64,000 bases of DNA. It comes from Hydrolagus affinis. Lineage: Eukaryota. Positions 53,541 through 64,000 of this stretch are shown here, piece by piece. The stretch covers positions 1-64,000 of the forward strand of contig JAAILG010000846.1 of assembly GCA_012026655.1 (NCBI GenBank), given 5' to 3'. The notes under the pieces were generated by a model. That model was not told the origin of the DNA, searched no databases, and saw only the letters and a program-made list of their open reading frames with translations. Within the stretch, counting starts at the first letter, position 1, and the number at the start of each line of letters is the position of its first letter. The translations under genes and the position numbers were made by a program.

Positions 53541-54030
53541 CAGTTTAATTGAATCAAGTTAAAGAATACAACTACAGGAAATTAAACAAAGAAGACCTGA
53601 AATGAAACCTGTAGAAGTCTACAAACAAGCATTAGCAAACTCCAACATATTTTGTATGCCCTTTGCATTGTGAAAACATGCAAAATTTGTTATGTGGCAG
53701 GTTTAGAAATATAACTGTACAGCAGGAGTTAAAATAAATCAAGGCAATCAGCATCCATAACCATAATAATACTAATGTTGACAGTTCATATTAGGCACAA
53801 CTCCAGATTCTTAAAAGATGAAGGATTACACTTGTTAATACCCTTGGCTTTCCCCATCTGTTCCTACAGTTTTTACATAATCTACAAACCAAGTACTGTA
53901 CATAACAGCTGCAACAAACTTAAAATTGGCAAACAGATTTTAGCTTTCAATCTCCCAAATCACGTAGTATGAAATTTGCATCAGAGTGCATGGGTGGGTG
54001 GGGGGGAGGGGAGAAAAATTTAATCCTCAC

Positions 54031-54140
54031 CTTCGATGCAGTGACTCTGAAAATTTAAGGCTTGCATAAATGAATTCCTTGAACTCTTTGTAGATTTCTG
54101 GTACCGATTGAGACACTGGGAACCTCTTTGGGAAAGGTCT
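54031..54140 (-). CDS. EXOC6: EXOC6 coding exon (110 bp)
   Basis: TTTTGACAG / GTGAGG; RPFPKRFPVSQSVPEIYKEFKEFIYASLKFSESLHR(S). Confidence 0.95.
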
Positions 54141-54617
54141 CTGTCAAAAGAGCCAATATAATTGATTAGAATTCCTTTCCTTCACTTCTAATAATAATAT
54201 TATTATAAAGTATTTGCAGCAATTAACCCAGTATATTTTACAACAATAGGTATATTTCAAATAGCTTACATTTCCGGAGTTTGGCTCTTAGATTTGACTA
54301 TATATTAAACTCAGTGAATCAGATTCATAATACTGTACTGAGTTAGGCCAATATATTTGGAACAGATCTGAAGTTTTCTTATTAAACAGTCCAAGTACTG
54401 TATATAGATAGACAAGAGATCATGCATACAGGAAACAGTAAAGTCTCAATACAGTATCAAATCAGAGCATTCCTTGGATATGTAAACATACCTATGTAAG
54501 TCAGAATAAATGTTGCATAACTTAAAATATATTTCTTAGGCACCATCAGACTACTAGTTTATAAAACTAGCAAGATAAATGTAAAATAACCATTGCCATA
54601 AATTGAAACTTTGACAA

Positions 54618-54790
54618 TAACATAATAATAATCCTTGCATTTGATAGTGCTATTCATTCTTCTAGATGTCTCAAAATGCTTCACAGAATATACTGTAAAT
54701 TGACTGTATACATGTCGGCAAAAGCAGCAGCCAATTGCGCATAGCAGTGTCCCACAAACAGTCGTGGACTGAAATGACAAATTTATTATT
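54618..54790 (-). mobile_element. SINE 3' half
   Basis: ataatccttgcatttgatagtgc...cacagaatatactgtaaattgactg...cccacaaacagtcgtggactgaaatgac. Confidence 0.85.
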
Positions 54791-54905
54791 GCTTATTTTT
54801 GAGGGATTATTATTACGCATGTTAATTAATTAGTTAATTAGCTAGAAACAATCACTAAGTTGAAGAAAATAATGTAAATTTAATGACAGTAGGGTTAAAA
54901 CTGAC

Positions 54906-55011
54906 CTTTTCAAGCTCAGAGTCATGAAATGGGAATCGGCTGATTATCGCTCTGTATTCCTCTTCATTTGCTGCAGGAATTGGGCTGTAATTGTCGGACT
55001 CAAAAATTTCC
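54906..55011 (-). CDS. EXOC6: EXOC6 coding exon (106 bp)
   Basis: TTTTACTAG / GTCAGT; (R)EIFESDNYSPIPAANEEEYRAIISRFPFHDSELEK. Confidence 0.95.
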
Positions 55012-55464
55012 CTAGTAAAAAGTAAACAATTATTTTATGGAGAACATACACTGGTATTTTCACAAATTAAATTTACAATTAAACTGAACAGGTATAAGTG
55101 CAAATATAAAAAAGGTTTTCCTTCAACCTTTTACCTCATTAATAGCAAAACCCTTGCAGTGGAGACAAGGGAAAAGACCTACAATGTTGAATATCAACCG
55201 CAATGGTCACTAATACAATTTACTAGTAAAAATTAAATTCCACCCTTCAGTTAGGCAGTTAAGCAGTCAGGATCATAAGTTTAGTGTCCAACACCCTTCT
55301 CTTCCATCACCAATCAAATAAGTTTGCAAATCCACTCTATATATATATATATATTATATACACACATACGCACATTACCATACACTAAAATTAATCATCT
55401 GTAATGTAGGACAAAATAAAATGAGTAAGTCCATAGTTGATGACAAGTTACAAAGATCACCAAC

Positions 55465-55562
55465 CTAAAGACTGCAGCCCACTTCTTCAGTAAAGTTTCG
55501 TTGTACTGATCACGAATTTCAAGCAATAAATCAAATAATCTGTTCACAGGAAAACCATAGCC
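55465..55562 (-). CDS. EXOC6: EXOC6 coding exon (98 bp)
   Basis: TTTCTATAG / GTTGGT; GYGFPVNRLFDLLLEIRDQYNETLLKKWAAVF(R). Confidence 0.95.
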
Positions 55563-56005
55563 CTATAGAAATAAATCAAGAAGATATAGTAATGATTAGA
55601 AACAAACAAAAAAATTAGATTACGTAAAAATACATCAACTGACACTTTTCCTAAAATACCAACTACTGTACCTAGTTAATGTTTCAGAATTACATTGTCC
55701 TTCACAAGAATTAACTATGCTGAAAAAAACAGGTCTAATATGTGAATGCTGACATTAATTCATCTCAGTAATTACGATTTTAAAAAGCAACGATACACTT
55801 TAAAGGCTAGAGATGCCAGAAGCAATCGCTGAACAAAATGTTATGATCAAACTGCGTGGAAGGATTTTTTCCAACGTTTTGGAAGGAAGTAAGGAAGGAT
55901 GTTTTCCATATCTTTTCCAAATTTTCACATACACAGTATTAAACAGATGTTAGTTAAGGAAAAATTAAAAGATTAAGAATTTCTACAATCTTTCTGCAAG
56001 ATGTG

Positions 56006-56357
56006 GAGTCCTGTAGCTCAGTGGTTAGAGCACTCGCCTCTCAAGCTAGACCCAAGTTTGATTCCCGGCAGGATATGTTGGGCAAGTTTCCTTACTCCAC
56101 ATGTCTCTGTTGACCTAGCAGTAAGTGGGAACCGGCTTGTTAGTCGGATCGCCTTTCCGGGGGTAATAATTCCTTCAAAAAAATAATAAATTGGTCACTT
56201 CAATCCATGACTGTTTGTAGGACACTTATGTGCAATTGACTCCCACATTTCAACCACAAAATGTAGTCAATTCACTTTACAGTATATTCTGTGAAGTATT
56301 TAGAAATGTGTAGAAGACATGATAAGGGTGTATATCAACTGCAAGTATTATTATTAT
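56006..56357 (+). mobile_element. Apparently full-length tRNA-derived SINE (~350 bp)
   Basis: A-box tagctcagtggttagagc, B-box-like gtttgattccc, central gggcaagtttccttactcc (CORE-like), shared 3' module and (TTA)n tail. Confidence 0.85.
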
Positions 56358-56409
56358 CTTTGTACAAAGTCGCTATATTTTGCAGAAAATCTCATCCCCC
56401 AAATAATCA

Positions 56410-56492
56410 ATCAACTTTACAATATAGTCTGTGAAGCACTTTGAGTGTCAACTACATGTTAAGGTGCTATATCAAATGGATTTTTATTATTT
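56410..56492 (+). mobile_element. SINE 3' tail fragment
   Basis: ctttacaatatagtctgtgaagcactttgag...aaggtgctatatcaaatg. Confidence 0.7.
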
Positions 56493-56766
56493 TTAATAAG
56501 TTGTCCTCACCATGCGAAAGGTGCTACATCAAATATAAGGCTTATAATTAAAAAAGGGATTTATCCAATCTTGGAACATAGGAATTTTATTAACATTAAC
56601 TGAGAATTTACCAGTTAGACTGCAGATGATGTCCAATTTGCCCTGTCAAGAGTCAACCCTATCCATTTGATCCTTTGAAGCAGTGCATGCAGTTCAGAAT
56701 CTTAATATAAAAGGTTTGGATACAAATATATTTTTGGAAATGCTTTGTTGAGTAACTAACACCGAC

Positions 56767-56838
56767 CTGCAGAGTGTCAGCATAGACGACAATCAAGTTC
56801 TTCAACTCCAAGACGAGGTCAGGATCAGTGCAATATGA
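56767..56838 (-). CDS. EXOC6: EXOC6 coding exon (72 bp)
   Basis: TTGTTGGCAG / GTCGGT; SYCTDPDLVLELKNLIVVYADTLQ. Confidence 0.95.
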
Positions 56839-58371
56839 CTGCCAACAAAAGATAAAGACATTAACATTTTCTACAGAACACTAATCCTTTACATTCTCCC
56901 ACAGAAAATACATACAATAGAATAATGCATTTCTATATTATGCAAAGATTTATTTTCTGCAGGAATTGATGATAGAGTGATCAAGTCACCGCATTATTAA
57001 ATATATAATTACTTTAACCCTTAATAGTGCCCCAGACAAGTTGATGCATTAAAGCATGGTCTCATTTGGGCCACTGACAAGTTTTACTAATTTACACCGC
57101 CCACTTTCTTTGGATCAAAAAATCTCATTGTGCTGATGAAACAGCCATATCAATCTTTGCTGTTTTTCATTTGCTGGAAATGATAAAGGTTTATAAACAC
57201 GTTGTTCTCATCTTTCTAAATTATTTTTTCTCTGTTTCCCGTTAGTTTTAATGTGGGAAAGATGTGGTTCAAGAGTGTACCATTTCTTTCCCACAAAAAT
57301 ATCAGAATGTTTATTAATTAGAATACAAACGTTAAACATTGAAGAAAGAACTAGAGTGCCTTCTTACATTGAAATAACTCATGTCAAAATATTTTACAAT
57401 AATTTAAGTCAAGTTTAGGTAGTGTTTCTGTAGACATTGCTGACCTTAGTGAATTTCTGTACAAAGGGGAGGCATTGATGTGGGGTAAATACTAATAATT
57501 TCCGCCAAAAAGCTGACTCTATTGTATTTTTTTCCTAAACTCAACCCACTGCAACATTTAATGAAACTAATTTCAAATATAAAATGAAAGCAATTTGAAT
57601 TGATCAAATAACAGCTTTGATGACCATTACTTTTCTGACAGTTATTAGACAAAACCTAATAATTTATTTTGTAATTCACACACTGCAAAAGAACCCACTT
57701 AAATCTGCAGACTTAATTTCATATTCACAATAATTAAAATGCCACAGATTAATTATCAGCCACAGAACAATTCAACACTCTATGTATATAAACTGTCATC
57801 ATAAATTTGCTGCGTTTATTATTTTATTCAGTTTGTGGACTACATAATGCCCCTACTGTGTTCTAAATATCTTAATTTGGCACATAAGGGTAGCACCGCA
57901 AGTTTCACTGGTGGGGATTTATTTTGAAAACAAAGCATTTGGAATGATAATTAGGAACTATTTCCTGGTGGTGCTTTCAATACTGAACTATTCAATCTGA
58001 TCTAATGAAGAGGTCAGTTGAGACTAATGAGGACAGATTGCAACAATAACAGCAGATTAACTCTGCATATTCTAAACTCCTGGACTAAGAGCATGTTTGG
58101 AAGGCTCAGTCAATTGTAAATCACTAAAGGATTATGCAAATATCCCATAAATGTGGCTCAAAGCCTGATTCTGCTGAGAAAAACAAAAGCTTGGCAGGCC
58201 CTCTTCCAAATTTAAGTAACTTTTAATTACAAAAAAAGTCAAAGAAAGGAGATGTAATCATTCATCACTTTGAATGACTCTGACATATACCTATCAGCAA
58301 ACATGTTCTTTCCCTCCCCCTTCCACCACCACTGAAATATTTAAGTGTAATACTGCAAAACTTTGACTCAC

Positions 58372-58492
58372 CGAATGTGTTCTTAAGACTGCAATAATTT
58401 TTGAAAGTGCCATGTTCCAAAGCTCATCAGTGTAAGCTCTCGTCACTAATCCTTGAGTTGCATGTAATATGTGATCTTCCACGACAAGAAAT
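58372..58492 (-). CDS. EXOC6: EXOC6 coding exon (121 bp)
   Basis: TCTTTAG / GTGAGT; (G)FLVVEDHILHATQGLVTRAYTDELWNMALSKIIAVLRTHS. Confidence 0.96.
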
Positions 58493-58662
58493 CTAAAGAT
58501 CAGAGGAAAATCTTTAAGAATGTAACGTCCTTAAAATTAAACACATTTATGAAAAAATTCATAGGGACATGTATTCAATACTACTTCAAAAAAACATAAA
58601 TTCTAGTTCCTCAGTGAACAGAAAATATTCTATTTAGGTTTCAATAGGGCGCAATAACTTAC

Positions 58663-58709
58663 CCAACAATCTGGTTAAAATACTTTCTGTAGCCCTCAAC
58701 AGTTTCATG
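58663..58709 (-). CDS. EXOC6: EXOC6 coding exon (47 bp)
   Basis: TTTTTGACAG / GTAAGT; HETVEGYRKYFNQIV(G). Confidence 0.95.
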
Positions 58710-59139
58710 CTGTCAAAAAGAAAATGAATGAGAACAAAGTAGATAAGCATACAATATCAAACACAGAGTGTCCCCCATTTATAAATATTCAGATTCTACA
58801 TTGCAAACTTTGTGTAAAAATGGCCAAATTCCTTGTCACGGGTCATTGCTGACATCACTTCCACCAGTCAATGCCAGAAACCTGATCAAATCCAGTAAAG
58901 TATAACAACAATTTGCACCTATATAGCACCCTCCTTGCATCTGAGAGTACTTAGCGGGGAGGGGCGTGGGGAGAGCCTGACTGCTCAGATAGTAGATAGT
59001 ATTAGACCCACACCAAGTTTAAGCAAGCCCACACACAACTTGGGCACAGTCTAATAGGGTTGTACTGCAGTGCAGTTTTCAGTCACCATCACCATGATAC
59101 TGTGATGATGTAGTGGTTATAGTGTTATTACAAACTGGT

Positions 59140-59385
59140 CATGTTCTGGTTAAAATCTTGGTTCAATTTGTTTGCCAGTTTCAGCCAGGGCTGCATGAGT
59201 TAGTTAAGTGGATATTGGCTAAAAAAAAAAGCCAAGTTTGTGCTCCTGGTCTCCCTTCTGATAATGTGCATGTGGCATCTGTTTGAAAAAGGTCAGGCTC
59301 AACAGTGATAGCAGCCATGCATCACTTAAGACAGGGTACCAGAAGGCAAGCACAGCTCGGGAAACTATACTCCAGCATGAGGAGG
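59140..59385 (+). mobile_element. Highly degenerate Deu-domain SINE
   Basis: tttcagccagggctgc...gccaagtttgtgctcctggtc...aggtcaggctcaacagtgat...gaaactatactccagca mirrors the 28.8-kb copy in reverse. Confidence 0.45.
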
Positions 59386-59469
59386 CTAGGAACCGGGAGC
59401 AGGGAGCTATATACCAATGGGGGGAAAAATAAATGAATAATTAAGCACAATAATTAAAAATTAAATTAC

Positions 59470-59553
59470 CATGTTTGACTGCGGTTGCAATACCAGTCTC
59501 GCTTGCTTCCTTCGTTGCTTTCTATAATAGTTTTCAAAAGAGTCTCGATCACC
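59470..59553 (-). CDS. EXOC6: EXOC6 coding exon (84 bp); most 5' exon found in the window
   Basis: TTTTGTAG / GTAATT; GDRDSFENYYRKQRRKQARLVLQPQSNM. Earlier exons were not found in 59.6-64 kb, so presumably lie beyond the right edge. Confidence 0.95.
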
Positions 59554-60109
59554 CTACAAAAATAAATATTTAAGTAATTATGCATCTGAATTTGAAAGGC
59601 CCTTTTAAGACAAACTCCTTTTTCAGTAAGCTTTTAGTTTTGAGCTCTCTTGCTCTTATATATCATGTGAGCAACTCATGATGGAGTAAACACCAACTGG
59701 TAGAGCTGAGCAGCCAATTTTCATGCTGTACATTTGTTGCAAATCTTTATAAACATCACCCATAAAAAAGGTAGAATCACAAACGTTGAAATCCAGAACT
59801 GTCTAACATTTTCAATATGTTTATTTCAGTTGATTCTATTGATATTCCTTTTAAATTTGTATTTCTCCATCTGGATGGATGCTGATAGTATGTGCCTGAA
59901 GTAAGAAAATGGTTTTCTTTAGTTTTAAAATACCAAGTTTTTAAAGTGCAGCACAGCACACTGAAGGCACAATATCAAAGTAAATAATGCTCAATCAAAT
60001 AATTTTGTAACAAGACCAAAATGTTCTACTTTCCTTACAAGTAGCACCCTGGGCAAACCCAAATTTATGCTTTCTGAAACAGGGTGAAATCTATAAAAAT
60101 TGAACATGA

Positions 60110-60262
60110 AATAATAATCCTTGCATTTGATATCATGTCTTCGAGAGCTCTCAACACACTTCACAGAATATACTGTAAAGAGAATTGGCTGTATATTTTG
60201 TGGGCAAAACGCAGCAGCCAATTGAGCGTAAAGGTGTCTCACAAATGTGAGTGACCAAATTG
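60110..60262 (-). mobile_element. SINE 3' half
   Basis: ataataatccttgcatttgatatcatgtcttcgagagctctcaacacacttcacagaatatactgtaaag...gcagccaatt. Confidence 0.8.
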
Positions 60263-62450
60263 TTAATGTTGAAGATGGGAGACTATCACCCATGCCATAT
60301 CTGCTCATTTGGGCTCTGAACTGCTTGAGTGTCATGCTGTCATTCTCAATAAGTGATCCACTATGGGGGAAACCATCTGTCTGATTGAAACTATAGTTTC
60401 AAAATACTATCGACTCGTCCTTCCCATCAATGCAATACAATTTCATGCAAGCTGAATAAAGCAGCTTAGCATTATATGTTTTAATTTTACTGAGGAGGTT
60501 ATTGCCAGGTCAGAGCAGTTTAGCATTCTATTACTTAATTCTTTAAGAACATGGTATTAATGCTTTGGAGATAATAGGCTTTTCCACTAGTAAAATAAGT
60601 GTAGCGTGGGCCAGTGTTTTACATGCAACACCCAGTGCTTTTTATGTAAACAGAAAAATCCCAGACAGAGGAACAATTTTCCATTAAGGGAGATATTTGT
60701 GCTTTTTTTTAAAAAAAACATCCACCTACTCTTCATTATAATAGATGTATTGTGCAGTGGTAGCCATACATGCAAAAGATGAAGCTTGATTCATTTTAGA
60801 GAGGTATGCATCAGGCTCTTCTGCTAGAAACATGGGTGGTAACATTTCAACCCTTCCACAGAATTCATAACACCACTGGTTCCTGAAAATTTCGCTCACA
60901 GAAAATGTATATTGTGAATTATAGTTTTAACCAATAAAATTGAGGATATTCCATACACAGGTCAATGTACAATATTCAATGAACTAAGCAATTAGTGCAT
61001 CAAATACACAAAAGGAAAACTAATGCAGAAGAATGTTATTTACAATGCATTATAAACATCAGACCATCCAAAAAATAAGACGCACTAAACCAACCATGGT
61101 TGAATGAGATCGTTAAGGTTTAACACTGTGCAAAATGGACATACTATGAACATCCATGCTAAAAAGCGACAGTATTGCTGTCACGGTGGAATGTTGCTGA
61201 TAAATGGTTTTCTTTAGTTTTAAAATACCAAGTTTTCAAAAAAGTAAAAATCCGAAGATCAATTGCTCATTCCAGAAGAAGCTATTTATCTTTCTCGTCA
61301 TTCTTCACATTTGATCTATGGAGATGCCAGATTGCAAAAAGGGACATTTCCAAAATAAAGTCAGACCACCCACAACTTTATTCATCTGCACAGACCAAAT
61401 CACCAATGAACAAATCAACATGCAATTTAATGGCACAAATCAACCTGTAAAATCATGAACACTAAATGCAAATTTTCAGAATTTGTTTGAAGTGCCTCAA
61501 TATACTCCAAGAAAGACAACAATTAAGTGCTTAATGGGCTAAGACATTACAAAAGTATAATGGTTAAGAATACAAGAGTCCCAAATGACAGATTGGAGTT
61601 TAAAAATAACATTACATTAAAATACAACAGAGCATTGAGCATGCATTTATTCGTAGGGACTTCAGTTTAATATTTCTTCCAAAAAAAAGCACAATCTCTA
61701 TCACAATGCTGCCCAGCACTGCATAAGATCAAAGTCTCGAAATGAGGCCTGAACTGCCAATCTTGACTCAAAGATGGGTACAACCAACTGAGCCAGGTGG
61801 ACATCCCATTTTCTGACATGAATCACCTTGGCATACTTTGACCAATTTTGCAGAAATAAGAGGACTGCTGGTCCTACACCCAAAGTTAAAGGAGTGTTAA
61901 TGCACTATTTTTGTCAGTACCTCAGAAATGAATCTCTCACACAGGAGGAACCCCATTATCAGTCAATCTCCCATCATAAATAACATGGAACAGGTTGTTA
62001 CACACTGGGAAGGATGCGCAGTAGCCGTCAATTAAATGCAATAGATACAAAGCCCATTTGAAGAAGGCAAATTTCTAAATGAGCTGCTGAACCATCGTTA
62101 AATTATTTTGAAAGAGCTGACAGTATTCAGGACACTGCTAACACCCCTTCTATGCAGTGTACAGGAAACCAAATCACCAGTGACTCAATAGCTGATCATG
62201 TTTACAGCAGGAAGCTTTCTGCACATTATGCTGAATGATGGCTGCTCTTGATCGAACTCTGTTATAAGGTAGGTTGCAAATTTATGATTTCCCCCCCACC
62301 ACTACTGCTTTTAAAGCAGCTTCAACTGCATTCACATTCCAGTAGAAGTTACTACTTTCAGAGTAACAGGAGAGGTTTTAAATTTAAGAAAGTTAAAGGT
62401 AATTACTCTACCATGAAACGAGCACCAAGTCTATGAATAAAATGCATTCA

Positions 62451-63572
62451 CAAATTTACTTGACTTATTTTAAGTTTTATGATACATTTTCTATTATATT
62501 GACTACTGCATTTTAGCATTCTAGGATGCTCTTATATAGGAATCAAAATACCACCAAAGTTCTGGTATTCTCTGAAGCCGTCAAGATTGGTGGGGGGTGG
62601 GTGGGGATGAGGGGGCGCTACCGATGACAGACTGTCTCTAAAACTTGCACAATGATTAATGTGAAGGACTCAGCTGATTCCATTCATGACACCTGATCTT
62701 AAGGATTCACCTGGTTGTGAAACAAAGGGCACCAGCTGGAACAGGAGTCTGTCTCAACTCAATGTATCCTTTAATGCTGCTTTGGTTCTACAATAACAAA
62801 CTACTTCATGATGTTAAAACTAAATTGCCACGTTGCCATGGAAGACTAGTTTGGGCAAAACTTTTGTAAGCTGTCAGTCAAAACTACTGCACATCAATCA
62901 CAGATTTTTTTTAAAACAAAAATTACCTGGAATCTTCCAAATAAACTTACTTTTTAGAAGGTCACACAGAGTTTATTTTTTACTGGTGCAATAATGTGCA
63001 AAGGTTCAGGAGATAGATGAACAAATACTGAAACACTAATATAAAAAATAACCTGAATAAATTAATATAATTTGTTCTATTTCTAATCTACCTATACAAA
63101 TTCTTCAATGAGATAACTTTATCAGGCCAAAGAGGCACAACTTATCAAATGGCTCCTCAGTTCCTTATATTGCAGCAACCAAAACTGTACATTTAATCCA
63201 GGTACAGTAAAAGCCTGTTTGGCTGGCTCCCAATCAACCGTAACTTCCGTATAATCGGCATCGCAAAAAAAAGGTCCGCGTTCGATTAACCGGAATTTAT
63301 CCGGAAAAATGCATTGGAAAAAAAACTTTTTTTTTTTTGCGTTTTCGGCTGAATATCCGGCAGGCATTAGCCGGGTCCCGAGGGTGCCGGATAAACAGGC
63401 TTTTACTGTACAATCTGACCAGGCCACCAAACAGCTCAAATGCAGCTTCAGAGAATACCAGAACGTTGGTGGTATTTCAATTCCTATATAAGAGCATCTT
63501 AGAATGCTAAAATGCAGTTGACAATATGATAGAAAGTGTATCATAAAACTTAAAATAAGTCAAGTAAATTTG
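62451..63572. repeat. Long inverted repeat, ~128-bp arms (62451-62578 and 63445-63572)
   Basis: caaatttacttgacttattttaagttttatgatac...ttctggtattctctgaagc is the near-exact reverse complement of gcttcagagaataccagaa...gtatcataaaacttaaaataagtcaagtaaatttg. Confidence 0.9.
63205..63408 (-). mobile_element. pogo/Tigger-like MITE, reverse orientation relative to the 15910 copy
   Basis: TA|CAGTAAAAGCCTGTTT ... CGGATAAACAGGCTTTTACTG|TA; interior is the reverse complement of 15910-16119. Confidence 0.9.
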
Positions 63573-64000
63573 AACTGCTTTCAGCAATGTAGCCCAGCAA
63601 CCCATATGTTTTATAATTGTTTCCCTGTACTATTTGGACAGGTTGAACAACAGGTTCAACCCTGCCAAAGTAACTCTACCAAATACTTTTCACCCTCCTG
63701 TCCTCTCGTGAAAGCCGTTATACAAACGTAATTTGTATTGTGCTGAGTATAAAAATTAAAATAAACGGCCATAGTTCATGTGTGAATCTAGATAGGGAGA
63801 ATTGGAATGATATTTAGCCACAATATTTAAACATCATAGCCTAGTATGATCCCATCCTCAAACATTTAGTAAAAACCTTTCAGTAGGAGGCACTGGATTG
63901 CCAACAGAAGAGCAATCCTGTCACTAAATTGGTTTGGATGAAAGCCTTTTGGTACATTTGATGTAATCCTTCCAAAATATCCACCCTACCGTTTACCGAT

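Noticed and set aside
10087-59553. Alternative assignment as EXOC6B with CYP26B1
   Set aside because: Residues FMVWDWSTY and LRSLVNGMSQH and the P450 N-terminus fit EXOC6 and CYP26C1, as does the recalled gene order.
62920-62960. Minus-strand donor-like sites as a possible further EXOC6 exon
   Set aside because: No frame gives the expected DLVDFSPVYRCLHIY-type peptide.
63122-63544. 140-aa ORF sharing PDKFRLIERGPFF with ORFs at 15955 and 31754
   Set aside because: Translation of the MITE interior; no transposase catalytic domain is present in the window.

Overview
Vertebrate genomic DNA, most likely a cartilaginous fish (inferred from shark-type HE1/V-domain, Deu-domain and L2-tailed SINEs). 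Two genes lie in tandem on the minus strand. The first is the 3' part of EXOC6 (exocyst Sec15 homologue): 14 canonical coding exons from 59553 to the stop at 10087, all in compatible phase, with a likely poly(A) signal at ~8955. The second is CYP26C1 (retinoic-acid-degrading P450), of which exons 1-2 are present (1803-1600, 255-31) before it runs off the left edge. This is the EXOC6-CYP26C1 order known from other vertebrates. Most ORF-track entries are spurious. I found no evidence for a wholly new biological system. The strongest unexplained signals are: a 30-nt frame-preserving candidate microexon in EXOC6; a pogo/Tigger-like element folded into an internal palindrome that duplicates the transposase start region; a ~130-bp long-range inverted repeat; a perfect DR2 retinoid-type element inside an old SINE upstream of CYP26C1; and intronic blocks rich in TALE/Cdx/TCF motifs that may be CYP26 enhancers. 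Repeat boundaries are approximate and family names come from recall, not database searches.
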